Under the pieces are notes generated by a model. That model did no database searches and was not told where the DNA came from. It saw only the letters and a program-made list of their open reading frames with translations. The position numbers and the translations under genes were made by a program. A DNA stretch of 61,783 nucleotides, counting the filler, from Sphacelaria rigidula (Eukaryota), in NCBI GenBank assembly GCA_964200075.2. It is 4 parts of 4 records of this genome, joined end to end, with 100 filler letters (N's around TTAATTAATTAA, not from the genome) between each part and the next. Parts side by side here need not be neighbours in the genome. Positions count along the whole stretch, not along the records: positions 30,946 to 46,316 come from CAXNAA020001778.1; positions 46,417 to 61,783 come from CAXNAA020001779.1; 2 more parts are not named here. The stretch is one strand, 5' to 3'. This document shows positions 34,763-46,824 of this stretch, in pieces. Every line of letters starts with the position of its first letter. Positions within the stretch are counted from its first letter, which is position 1.

Positions 34763-37325
34763 ACAAAATCATCCTCATGCATAGGCCTCTTGAACCGGAT
34801 TTCTGCCCGACTCGTGAAGTTATTCTTCACTGTCGAGAGCCACGGAGGGCGGAAGGCGAGAGGTGCATGGCCTGCGGTCGATTAGGTCCGCTGGTTTTAC
34901 GTGGGGGTACGAGAATGCCAAACATTGGAAAATAACTCTATGCTTCCAGAGGATCAGCATATTCGCTGGATATCACCCCCCAAATCCACGAAATTTCAAC
35001 TTCGGAGGGATGGGTGTTTCGATTTCAAGCTACGGGTACACTTGTGCCGACAAAGAAAATATATTCGCACCAGATTGACATCATGCGATTTTCCCCAGCC
35101 GCGAATGTCACGTTGCTTTCAGTGCCATGTACAATAGTTGTCAACCCCTGCACCTCTGCGTATCTTAGTATCTTGGTCGTGCGTGATCACAGCAGCTAGA
35201 GAGGGTCTTGAGCGGATACACGTGAGCATTCGTGGGCAATGAAAGATGAAGGTGGGGTCAAAGTAAATTGGTGGAATGTATGCACAACTCGTACTGTAAA
35301 ATACTAGTGCGTTAGTGTTGCATTCGGGTACTATGAGATTCAGTTTCGTATTCGTATCTTGGAGGGACTCTTATACTTGCGTCGGTGGATAAGTGTGCAC
35401 ACCGGAGCAGACTGGTGCGCGCACCGAGCGCACTAGTGTCCACAGTTGTATGAGGTCCAGTATCGCATTCGTATCCTGGGTGGGGCAATCTGACTACGTT
35501 GGTGGGAGGGATACACATCGCAGGCTTGTGCGAGCACCTCGACTCACAAATAAGCAAAGTGCACAGCATCGATATCGCCTGCTGCTGCTGAGAGAGATAA
35601 CTGATGCATGGACCCTGGAAAGGCCCGGCACACGGTGATATAGCAAGGGCACGTAGTCCCCCAGCTTTACAGGTTAACGGGTTAGCAGCTGGTGTTCTTG
35701 AGTCCACTCAGCTGGCCAACCACCAAGATCACAAACAAATAGCATCTAGTACGCAACAATCCTGAGAATCATCGAGTATACAACCAACGGGATGGAGATG
35801 GAACATAGATCTCTCATTCAAACTTACTTTTTCTCGGGTTACCACTGCTTCACCCAGCACTTGATCGCTCTCGAAGCCTCTCTCAGGAAGACAACGCGTC
35901 GAGGCGGGTCATCACGAGTGAAACATAATTGGTTATTTTCTAATAGCTAGTTCTCAGACGTTTGTCATATTCTACACCACCACCTCAGGACGCAATAGAA
36001 TGATTTTTTCATCCTACGGTTGCACAGGGTTTTGCGACTGCCCCCAAGGGAGCGGGGCGCCCAACTTCACCGTTGCTTGATGCTGTATCAACTCTCGCAT
36101 TAGCGTTCTCTCGCGATTCATCAAGCCAGGCGTAAAGAAAGTACGTGTGCTTATTACCTGAAGATTTTTCACCAGACGCAAGCGGGTTGGGCGGCATCAC
36201 AGGGTGAGCTAGCTTCGTCGCGCCCGCATCATATTTTTCAAATCATGCCCAGTGTTCCAGTCGCCATAGTGGGAGTCTCGCGGAGGCATTGGAGTGCAGT
36301 TCGACTCGGTAGTGGTTTGCATGAAGCAACACCATGCGTTGCTTTTATCTGGATGTGTGTGTCTTGACAAGTCTATGCTCTGGTTTTGGTGGGAAAGCCA
36401 CTGTCGTTTTGCAACGATTCCGTTGCCGAGCAGACACAGCACCTGTTACAAGTCACCGATGCACCATATGCCCGTTGTGACACATGCCCTATTTGCTCAC
36501 ACAAGAAGAGCATATTCCAAACACGCTACTGCAGATCTGCTGTGATCCACAAGTTGGCTTGCAACGCCCTGTCCCCCTTCATTATGGCTTCACAAAACGG
36601 TTCAGAATGTTCATCCCGAAGAGTCAAGACCCTTTGTCGAATTCTCACCAAAACCCTATCTGGCTGTCAGGTCCCAACTACGGTTTCAGCAGGTGCGGGA
36701 CCATTGCGGACTAAATAGAGCAGTTGCTGGAATTGCTGCCAAACTATTTTCATCAAAAAAGTTGGGATGGGAAAGGCGAGGGAAGATGCCTACGATGCCG
36801 AAGGCGCAGGGCGTCGGGGAAGAGCGTGGGAGGGGCATCTGGCGAGGTGAGATGAACGTGCGATGCAGTACTACACTTCGTCTCGTTGTATGTTGAGTAC
36901 GCATTGACTTGCCCCTGGCTGATGCCATGGACTTCCTCGCTGAAACTCATACTGAACTGACGTTGTGGTGCGATGAAGGATACGCCCTTTTGCTGGGTAG
37001 CTTGATGCTTCTTGAAATTTGTTTTGCTTGGATATGGAGCATCACATGGCTTCATGCTGATGAACTACCGTAAGTTTGAGTTCACGAACCGCTCCTATCG
37101 GGCGGATATTTACCGATGACGTAGTCGCACCGGTGGGCATCGATGACACGTGCCTGTGGCGTCGACCCCGCGAACTTTTTTCACTCAAACAAGGCCGCGG
37201 TGGGTCGGGAAAGGCGAGATTATTATCACACCTTGGTGTTGGGCGCAGGGCCTGGATCAAAGTGAAATCCCTCAATCGCATGAGCCTTTTCGCTGCATGG
37301 TGCGTCATTTATGTTGTTTGCAGTA

Positions 37326-38424
37326 CAAAAGTTCCACACCTTGGTCAATATATGGTCAATAGATGCAATAGACGAGAAGTGTACTGCATAAAGTGTAGGC
37401 CTATTGCAACAAAATATTATTACTAAATTTGTTGCAATAGGCCTACACTTTATGCAGTACACTTCTCGTCTATTGCATCTATTGACCATATATTATCCAA
37501 GGTGTGAAAAGTTCCCAGCTGAATCAGATTCTGTAATCATTTCGTTGGCGGAGATTTTTAATAGTTCTTGGGCGAGCCACAGCTCGTCCCGGTGAACGTT
37601 TGATCCCGAAGTTGTGGGGATCGGGAGATATTATAATAGCCATCCGCTCCACATTCCGAAACACGAATCATCTTCGCGCTCAACTTTGAACGGCTCACAG
37701 GCGGAATTGACAGGGGGTGTTATTGGCCGTTTTTGGTGCAAAACACATATTTTTCCGGCCCCATGCATCGAATAGATCAAAATTAAAATACGTAAAGGTG
37801 TGTAAAATTATTCATAGTAACGATTGAGATTGGGGCACCCCTGTGCTATACAGAGCTCGGTTGGGCAATTTTCGTAGTTTGGTATTGTTCTGAAATTTCT
37901 CGTTTTGTATTTTTCCGCAGCACTCGAGAGTCCCATCGATAGCGTCGATACTGCTGTATTGACAAAAAAAGCAGGTGGTGCACACCACATTATCCTTCAC
38001 GTGGTTTTGTCAGGTTGATGAAGAAGAATGACCTTGTTGATCGGGGGTGTTATCGACCATCTCTAGCCCTCATACACACATTTTTTTCGGCTCTAGCACG
38101 ATGAATAGTTCAAGAGTCGAAAAATAATATTTTTGTGTTGTTCACGAGAACGATCGAAGTTGTTTCAATCGAGCAGAGATACCCAAGGATCGAAAACTGG
38201 GGCTGGGTAGTCGCAGGACCCCCCGAGGATCGGTCAGCCCTTGAGTCGCTCAATTTTGAGTGCAAATTTCATTTTGGTTCGGAATGTGGAGCGGATGCAT
38301 AGTATCTCCTGATGCCCAAACTTCGGGAGCAAACGCTGGGATGAGCAGTGGAACGCGAAAATACCGTTAAAAATTGCGAGCTACAAAGAATTACTGAAGT
38401 CTTCTGATTCAGCTGGAGAAACTG
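37326..38424. mobile_element. Older non-autonomous element with ~190-bp TIRs, TA-flanked (Tc1/mariner-like)
   Basis: 37515-37700 is the reverse complement of 38240-38416 (cagctgaatcag, catccgctccacattccgaa). Right end ggagaaactg|ta, left end ta|caaaagttc. Confidence 0.7.
37335..37506. mobile_element. 172-bp hairpin MITE, 79-bp arms, CACACC...GGTGTG termini, perfect 8-bp TSD AAAAGTTC
   Basis: Arms 37335-37413 and 37428-37506 differ at only 2 positions. aaaagttc at 37327-37334 and 37507-37514. Confidence 0.92.
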
Positions 38425-38743
38425 TACGTAGCGGATCAAATTTGAATTTTCCGACTAATGTGTGGAAATAATAATGATGATCTTTCGATGGACGTCAAGA
38501 TCAGTGGTTTCAGGACGTTTCAGCTCGCCTTTTCCAAGACTCAGTGAGTGTTGCTTCTTCCCGTGACATTAACTGTACAGCAATGGGCAGTCGGCGATAT
38601 CGGCGCTCGCTGTGCAGCATTCTGGGACGTGGTGATTAGCAAAACTGTTCTGGTTAGCATCAGGTCCACCCCGAGTCGGGGCATGTTTTCCCGACCGATC
38701 GCTTTTCTGGGAAAGTTCGAGAGAAAAATTATGCCTTCGGCCT

Positions 38744-41700
38744 ATGAAAACCCATGGCGGAGGACAGACTCGGTAGGTTGATTGCATGTGCCGTGTGCGT
38801 GGCCTCGCCCAACACCTGTCACGCTCTTTATGAAACAAGCCGAGTGGCACCTCCGGTCCAGCTCCGAACTGAGCCATCTCTTCATTTATGATGCCTGTCG
38901 TCGCCGTCGCCATCGCCGTCCCTGTGGATCACTGCTTAATTTCAACCTTGTGTGCAGGCTTCACGTGGCGAACTACGTGGCCGTGGCCGTGTTCGCGGTG
39001 TCCATGTACAGCGTCATCCACGTGTGGGACGGCTCCCTGAACAAGATGAACTACTTCCGACTGGCGGTACCTTTTTTCTTCGTGTTCGCCTCCATGACCT
39101 ATCTCTTCGGCTTCTTCGGCATCACCTTGATTTCCAGTGTCATGGACCCACCCTTCGCAACCCCGAGCCCGCGATCGTCATCGCACAAGGAGAAACGACA
39201 ACCATTCTCCACATCACGTAGCCCAACTCGAACAGGCACTTGTTCCACCGCCGTGCCCACCTCTTGCACTTCCAGTTACACACTGGACAAACCGGAAGTT
39301 GTGATAGTTGGTGCTGGTACTGCTGGTGCAACCGCAGCTGTCACGCTGGCACGACAGGGTCGCAAGGTGTTGCTGGTGGAGAAATGCATGCGAGAGCAGG
39401 ACCGGATTGTGGGCGAGCTGCTGCAACCCGGGGGGCTGCGTGCTCTGGAGCGTCTTGGTCTAGACTCTTGCGCTAAACAAGGAACAGATGGCGTCATTGT
39501 CGACGGTTACGCTATCATCCCAGCTGCCCACACGGCGACGACGCCTGACGACGTCGACGTCGAAAAATCAAGCACGAGGCCGCGTGACGGGGTTATGCTG
39601 TACTACCCCGAAACGGACCCCGAGAACAAGTTCGAGCTTTTTGGCAGGGGCGTAACCCCGGCGCCCGATACAGGAATTGCGGCAGGCGAGCACGTGCCTC
39701 GCGGGCGAAGCTTCCATAACTGCCGGTTTGTTCAGAGATTGAGAGAGGCCGCGGTGGCGGAGCCTAACGTGAGGGTTGTGGAAGGCACTGTTTCGAAGTT
39801 GCTTGAAGGAGACAGTGGGGAAATCGTTGGCGTGCGGTATCGCGAGTCTGCAAAGGATGGGGTAGAGGACAGGATCACAAAAGAGGTGTGCGCGCCGCTA
39901 ACAATCGTGGCCGATGGAATCTGGAGCGGCCTACGGAAGTGCGCAAACGTCAACAAGCCCCAGCAGCTGTCTTATTTTGTCGGGGTGCTGGTGACGCACC
40001 CAGCAGATGAGGCGCCTGTCCCGCACAAACACTGCGGCCACGTGGTACTCGCGCATCCCTCACCCATTTTGATATACCAGGTAAGAGTATATACCTCGTG
40101 GTCAATGTAATCTTGAAGCTAGTACGTTGGTGTGGGGGCTGTCGCTGCCTGTGCTCTCGACTTTTGCCAGGACGGTCCACATCCGACGTGTTTGCTCACC
40201 CGCCTTGCTATCTTTCTGATCATATCTGATGTCAGCTGGTGTCGAGTGGCAACCATCGCTTGGTTCCTAATTCTCGTTGGCATTCACCTAGTTCTGCGCG
40301 ACCCCGACCATCGCTGTACTCCGCCTCCCGCGCCCGCTTCACCCCGAAACTCACGATCCTGTCAGATATCGTCAACGGAGACGCGTGTGCTAGTCGATGT
40401 GGCAGGCTCGATGCCAAGCTCAGCGAATGGTGAGCTCGCGGCATTTTTGAAGGAGAAATCTGCTCCGCAGCTACCCAGGAAGTTCCGGGCGGCCTTTTTG
40501 GAGGCTGTCGAACGCGGAGACATCAAGTCCATGCCCAACCGGACTATGCCCGCGTCGAAGCAGCACCGTCAAGGAGCGTTGCTGCTTGGTGACGCGCTAA
40601 ACATGCGGCACCCGCTCACAGGAGGTGGCATGACTGTAGCGATCAAGGTGAGGGAATCTACTGTCTGTGTCTAGACTGGGTCCACGGCCGAATTGCAAGG
40701 AAGTCGGATTCAACCTTTGGTTATTACTCTCATCGTTCAGAACTCTCCTTTGAATTGGAAGCGTTATCTCATCATTTCTACTGGGTGCTGACGGTGGGGT
40801 ATTTGGCCCACCATGGTGTCTTTCACGATTGGGTCACTGCGACACGGGCAAATGGCACCTTGGGAGTCGAGAAATGGGCTCAAGCGTTCAAGGGCACATA
40901 ACAACTCAAAGACAAGAAAGAATCAGACCGCCGCCTCAAGAGAAGAAGTGTTGCATCGAGAGCCTCCAACCGGAGAACTGCCCTCGCTAGCACAACAACA
41001 GCAACAGCTCACGAGAAATCCATTACATGAATGACCGAGATAATGGCCCGCTATGTACACGACTAGCTCTTGCTGTCGTGAACATTTACACTTCGCCTTT
41101 TTTTTTGGAAGCGATTTTTTCAGGCTTTTCGGTCACCACGAATCATGACGATTTCCATTTGATCCCAAACTTCGGAAAACGAGACACAAGTTTCGAGAAA
41201 AAAATGTTTTACACGATATATAATGAACAAGATACGGACTCACCGGTGGTTTGCGGTGCTACGAGTGTACAATCCCTGGTATGGCTCGAATATTCTCGTC
41301 CGACCGATCCGATCTGGATCGTTACAATAAATCATCAAATGACTTCAGTTTCTCTATTTTCTTTATTATCGTTTCGCTGCAGGCGAAAATCCGTCCTCTT
41401 GGTTCATATGCGGTCAACAGCACCCCCTCGAAGAATGGGGTTTTACTCCGTGTCGTTCCTACAACACGATGTTTGGAAATGTATACTGAACACCTCCTTT
41501 TTTACCATTACATACCGACCGTCAAACTCTTGACTAGGGGTGAAAAAACGAGTATCATATTTAAAGTCGAACTACTAAAGAAATGAAATAATGGTAGCTG
41601 TACCGATTGTTGGTTATCATTGTTCGGTGGTTCCCCGGTGCTCGCTGGTGTGTTTTGTACCTGCTCTACTGTACGGTGTCCTTCGGGTTCCATCGCTTCC

Positions 41701-43273
41701 GTAGTCTTATCTTTTTTCTTCCCCCCCCCCCTCCCCCCCTCCCTGCTCCGTCTCGAAAGGGATGCGTGATCAATGGTCAGACGACTAAGGCAAGCAACAC
41801 ATGAGAACGCCCCTCCCCTCTCTCTCTGATTGTTTGTTCTTTCCTCCCGGTGTATGCCAGTGACAGTTTGGAGCCTCGCTTCCGTAGGGTTCATGGTTCA
41901 GAGCTTAATACCCAAAATAGTGAGGTCGTGATAAATGAGCCATCTGCTCTCATGGTCGGTTGTTTTTTACTAATGTGTTCGAGTGTGGTTTTTGCGCATG
42001 ACCTTTTTTCCAAAGCAATGTTGCGGAGGCCGGCCATTTTCACTCATTTGTTTCATCTATCCTTTTTTCGTTCCGTTCCTTCCTTTTTTTTTCTAAATTC
42101 TACAATCTCTGCTTCACCATTCTGTTTTCTTTACTTTTATTCAGCGAGTGGTTTCATTTTCGTCTTCACCCCGGCCACGTTGATGAAGTGACAACGGCTC
42201 GACCCCTGGGGGATCAGTCAAGGTACAACAATCAAATCAAATAAAAAAAATGTTGCTACGGGTATCCTCATGGCAGTGCCTCGATGCTGTTTTCGTTTTT
42301 GATTTTGGATCATCCAAATCGTTCCCAGGACGTGGAGCTCATGTGCAGGCTTTTGGAGGGAGTGTCGCTGGAAGACAGTGAAGCCGTTGAGGCCGTCGCC
42401 AGGCGCTTCCACAAACAGCGGACGGCGCACGCCGCGACCATCAATATTCTCGCCAATGCTCTCTACCAGGTAAAACGCGAGATTGTCATGAGCTACGTGA
42501 CGGTGGATGTCTCCAGGTTGATGATTGAGTGGGCACGTCTTCACGCCTAGAGGCGACTGGGGGCTTGCTCTATTCAGTGCCTCTGTCACGTGAAAGGAGC
42601 CGGTGGCACAGGTCGGGTACTATTCTTTACTTGATATTTTCCCTCTCTCATTAGCTTCGAAATACAGAACTCCATTCGAAATATCGAATCCATCCTGTTT
42701 GACCTCGGCGAGATCCATACGCCAAAAGGCTGCGGTGTTCCTCCTCGACAATCACCCGAATCGATCAAAACGGACGAATGGGTCTATCTGCATACAACGA
42801 AGTAAGGGTAGAATTTCTCCAACGGCAGGGCGTGCTCTCGCCCCTCTTCTCATATCTTGCCCTTACACAGCGCGGTTACTGTCGTGACTCTCTTGCTGCA
42901 CCAGGTTTTTAGCACGCCCGAGGTCGGTGGATTGAAGGAAACCCGCGTTCACTTGCAGGCCGCGTGCTTCGACTACCTTAGCTTGGGCGGTTGTTATGCC
43001 GCGGGCCCCGTAGGTCTCCTCTCAGGTTTAAGTCCGGTTCCCTGGGTATTGACTACTCATTTCTTTATGGTAGCGGCGCACGGTGCAAAGAGGCATTTGT
43101 TGCCTATTCCCACCCCCGGCGGGCTTATGCGAATGTACCGACTGATGCACGTTGCTACCAAAATTATCATGCCGCTCCTGGAGGAAGAAGGATCGACATT
43201 TTTGGCCTGGTGGCCGGTGAAGAAGTTGGTGCAGTTGTTGCTTCCCTGGGAGCATGAGCGATGGGAGAACTAG
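38744..43273 (+). CDS. SQE: Squalene epoxidase (squalene monooxygenase, conventional FAD-dependent), 5 exons: 38744-38772 (tentative), 38958-40080, 40366-40647, 42329-42469, 42905-43273; ~647 aa
   Basis: Motifs VIVGAGTAG, DRIVGELLQPGG, GRSFHNCRF, ADGIWS, LLGDALNMRHPLTGGGMTVA, TINILANALY and ACFDYLSLGG. Canonical GT-AG junctions in frame. Confidence 0.95.
41744..41815 (+). mobile_element. Extreme 3' fragment of a non-LTR retrotransposon in SQE intron 3
   Basis: Encodes APSRKGCVINGQTTKASNT*, matching the end of the relic at 51805-51880. Flanked by C-rich tracts. Confidence 0.75.
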
Positions 43274-45489
43274 TCGCGTTTACGAGTACTCTTTCGGTAC
43301 GGAACAGTCGCTACGGCTCCGTAGTGCAGGAATTGGTATTTTTCACTTCACAGTAAAAGCATGAGCCGAATCCAAATTTCCCTGGGGGTCAGTTTGGTCG
43401 TCTTCGCTGTTGTTGCAGGGTTGTTTGGAGAAGCGTGGCTCCCTCTTGGTCGTTTTCTTGGGTAGACCTTGTTCGGGGTGTGTTTTTTTTTGCACTAACT
43501 TCATGTCCCAGTTTGGGGCAGTCTTGCACGTAAAGTTGGGTGCAATGGGCGTCTGCAGTGCACGATATATTTTCATATTTTTCATGGCCAGCAACGAATT
43601 TGCAAAAACGTTTTTGCAGAATTTCACGTGAGATGGCAATGACCTTCTGCAGTGTGCAGCGCATCGCATCCTTCCTTCCAATAGCAAGTTGATCAATTCG
43701 CAGCCCACTCCAGTTCACGAGGTCTAGCGTTGAGTTCCGAGTAAGGGGGAGGGGACGTGTGGCATTCGACGCTGCTGTTTATTCTCCAGTGGCCCCGCGA
43801 TGGGTTGGATGATGCATGAAGAAAAACTGTCGGCTGTATTGTGTCGTCGGTAGTTCCATATCGGAACTTACTTGAGAAGCTCGCGTTACCCGCAGCTGTT
43901 TTCGTGCTTAGTGTACTGTACCACCGATACTGTCCACTTACCAGTCCGCTGAGTGTCAGCTGGTGGTGCACGCATTCTCATGAACATTGGATATTGAAAT
44001 CAACGGACTGCTGTTTGAGCTCAACACGCGTGTTCTTGTGGCTGGGTAGCAAGCGATGGGTATGATGCTGAATTCGACCTTTATCGCTATTTGAGCAGCG
44101 GATTAGCAGCTTCATCGACCATGGTTGCTCATAACGTGCTGTTTCTCGACAGAATCTAGTGGTGCATATTCATGCGACTACAATGATGGTCTTGATGTAC
44201 TGTACCTTGTACCTCAACCGTTGGTTGTAGCACACGTACTTTTGTGTCATGTCGACTGCACCATCAGGTTAAGGCCTGGTCTGGTAGTGCACATAGCGTG
44301 CCTCCGGGGCACCACCTACGTAACGTGTAGAAAAGGGGACGTTGGTCCTTATTGCTGTTGCTGTGGCTTGTCTGTGTAGAGAATAGCCAAAAACTTCGCT
44401 ATCTGCACCTATCTTGTGTGTGTGATCGTCCGATTTTGCAGGTGAAATGTGTTTTCTGTGACGTTGAATTGGATTAACAATCTATGTTACATATGTATAT
44501 AAGCGGAAAATGTTGATTTCATCTTGTGCACACGTTATTCCCTCATCAGAGTATAAATATTTGAAGTGCGCGTATGAGGCTCGTTCTGCTCGAGCTTGAG
44601 TGCCACAACTACAGCTGATTTACCGTTTCGATCAACATTGTTGACTAGTGAGAGGCGCGCACCATCTTGACACTACAGTACTTGTCGCCGCCGGCGGTGA
44701 AAAAATACTTCTTTTTTCCCAGGCAGGTGCGCAGCGCAATCACTAGACATCTGAAACACGTTGAGAAAAACCAGTCGTTGACCTGAGCATTTTTTGGTCA
44801 CTACAGGCTGGTTCATCACCCAAAATTGTGTCAAGAACAAATGCCGTTCGCAATACCTGCCCAACAGTCTCATACATGATATCATACTGACCGCCGTGGA
44901 GAGCGAACGAGCGTGACATGGCCGGATATGTGTTGAAGGCCATAATGATGGGGCTGAGGAGGAAAGTCACCTCGACCAATCAGCGCCCTTCAAATTGTTC
45001 TGGGACCGAAGTAATGAATTCCAAGCTCAACCATTTCCCAATCTTCACATGATTCAAATCGTGGTAACCGTAACCGCCGGTGGAACGGTCACTACGGGGC
45101 CGTATTATATGCGAAATCGTGATGTTTCAATGACGGAGAGTTTTGGCGTCGTGTAATTTCCACTGATTTTCCGCACGTAAGACCAAGGGAGCCTCGTTAC
45201 GATCATTCCCCCGTTATTCCCCTTTTATCTGTCGTGAAAAAGCTCAGGTCACTCTCAAACTTAGCAGCTCCGTCGGTGTTGATGCTTCACATTTGGAAAA
45301 TTATTGTATTCTTGACATTTTCCCTCTACGTTTCTCCGTCCCCTACCGGCGTCCGGGATCCCAGTATGAAGACCCCTGGAAGGCGGCACAGAATGCCCCA
45401 TAAGAAAAAGATTAAAATGTCGCGTTCCGGGAGAGTCGAAGGAATATACAGGCTGGGCCAGCCTACAAGCGGATTTGTACTTTGCAGGC

Positions 45490-45747
45490 GAATTCGATTT
45501 TTCTTCTTGGAGTTGAAAAATGAAATTTGGTATGGACAATCAACAGGGCATGAAGAAAAGCTGTGAGGTCAAAATGATTTTATTTTTTGTGAGTTGAGGG
45601 CATTTTACTAAAACCTCGAAACTGATTTTGCCCTTACTTCACGAAAAACAAAAATCGTCGGGACCTCACAGACAGCTTTTCTTTATGCACTGTTGATTCT
45701 TCATACCAAATTTCACTTTCCAACTCCAAGAAAAAAATTGCGAATTT
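45490..45747. repeat. Inverted repeat/hairpin within a decayed DNA-transposon-like region (~45445-46100)
   Basis: ttcttggagttgaaaaatgaaatttggtatg..gctgtgaggtc vs gacctcacag..cataccaaatttcactttccaactccaagaa. Upstream ta|caggctgggccagcctacaagcgg resembles 58400. Confidence 0.65.
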
Positions 45748-46152
45748 ACATTTGAAAAACCGAGGCGGCGGAAATTCGGAACAACATTTTGCAGGCCGTT
45801 TATCGGCCCACGTTTGGTGTTTGTGGGTTGAAACTTTGTGTGGGACTCTGCTAGGTCGTGATGAACCAAGAAAACGGGTAAGGTTGGGTTTAATTTTTAT
45901 TTTTCACTGATTGAGGGCATTTTAGTATGGTGACGATGATTTTTTACCAGAACGCCCGAACTTCTAATGAAAAAAACAAACAAATGAAGGCCCATTTTTT
46001 TTACTCAACATACCTCTGTCGTTCTCCATACCAAGTTTCAAATCACAATTCTAAAAATTGAGCTGAAAAATTGAGTCAACGCCCAAGAGCAACGTTCATT
46101 TCTCCTCAAAACCCCCCTAAAAACACGAAGAAGGACGAAAAAAACGGGGGAA

Positions 46153-46316
46153 AGAGTGATGCTACGGTAGGGGTAGAGAAATAATTTCTGAGATTAGAAT
46201 TAATTGTTAGGAGCCCCTTATCTCATCCAAAACACGAGTTGTTGTAAAAATATGCGAGAGTACGCCAGGATTACTATTTCAATGTGCTGGGGATATCCCG
46301 AATAAATCTGCAAACG
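46153..46316. mobile_element. GCTACGGTAGGGG MITE, copy D, truncated by the contig end
   Basis: agagtgatgctacggtagggg...gagagtacgccaggattactatt aligns with copy B. Confidence 0.8.
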
Positions 46317-46416
46317 NNNNNNNNNNNNNNNNNNNNNNNNNNNNNNNNNNNNNNNNNNNNTTAATTAATTAANNNNNNNNNNNNNNNNNNNNNNNNNNNN
46401 NNNNNNNNNNNNNNNN
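46317..46416. other. Artificial contig linker
   Basis: 44 N + TTAATTAATTAA + 44 N. Confidence 0.98.
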
Positions 46417-46674
46417 TTTCTTTTTTATTTGTTTTCAGTACCCCACCTTCCTTCTGCGGTGCTTGCCTTTTTCTTTATTATCGCGAGAGGGGTTCAGCAG
46501 TCCCTTTCCCTCGTCGACCGTTCAGTCGAATTTTGTGTACCCACGACATAGTGCTCTCTCTCCACTGTTGGGCATGGTGTAAAAAAAAAAACCCCGATCG
46601 CTCCGGGAATCGAATCCCACGACTCACCCGTCAGAGGGTTATGAGGTTACCAACTGAGCCACCGGGGCGACCGG
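46417..46674 (-). mobile_element. tRNA-derived SINE, copy 3, truncated by the contig start
   Basis: Colinear with copies 1 and 2, ending caactgagccaccggggcgaccgg. Confidence 0.85.
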
Positions 46675-46750
46675 CTACTGAGTGCTTGGACTCCATCGCT
46701 TGAAAAAAAAACCATATATTAGAGGCTGACGGCGTACTCTCGCGCGCTGC

Positions 46751-46811
46751 GGGGGACGGGGGGACGGGGGGACGGGGGGACGGGGGGACGGGGGGACGGG
46801 GGGACGGGGGG
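46751..46811. repeat. (GGGGGAC)n G-rich tandem repeat, G-quadruplex-capable
   Basis: About 8 runs of 5-6 G separated by AC. Confidence 0.9.
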
Positions 46812-46824
46812 TGGAGGGGAACGC

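Noticed and set aside
38782..38957. N-terminal 58 aa of the 442-aa SQE ORF
   Set aside because: Starts at TTG and lies upstream of a good acceptor (tgtgtgcag|38958); more likely intron read-through
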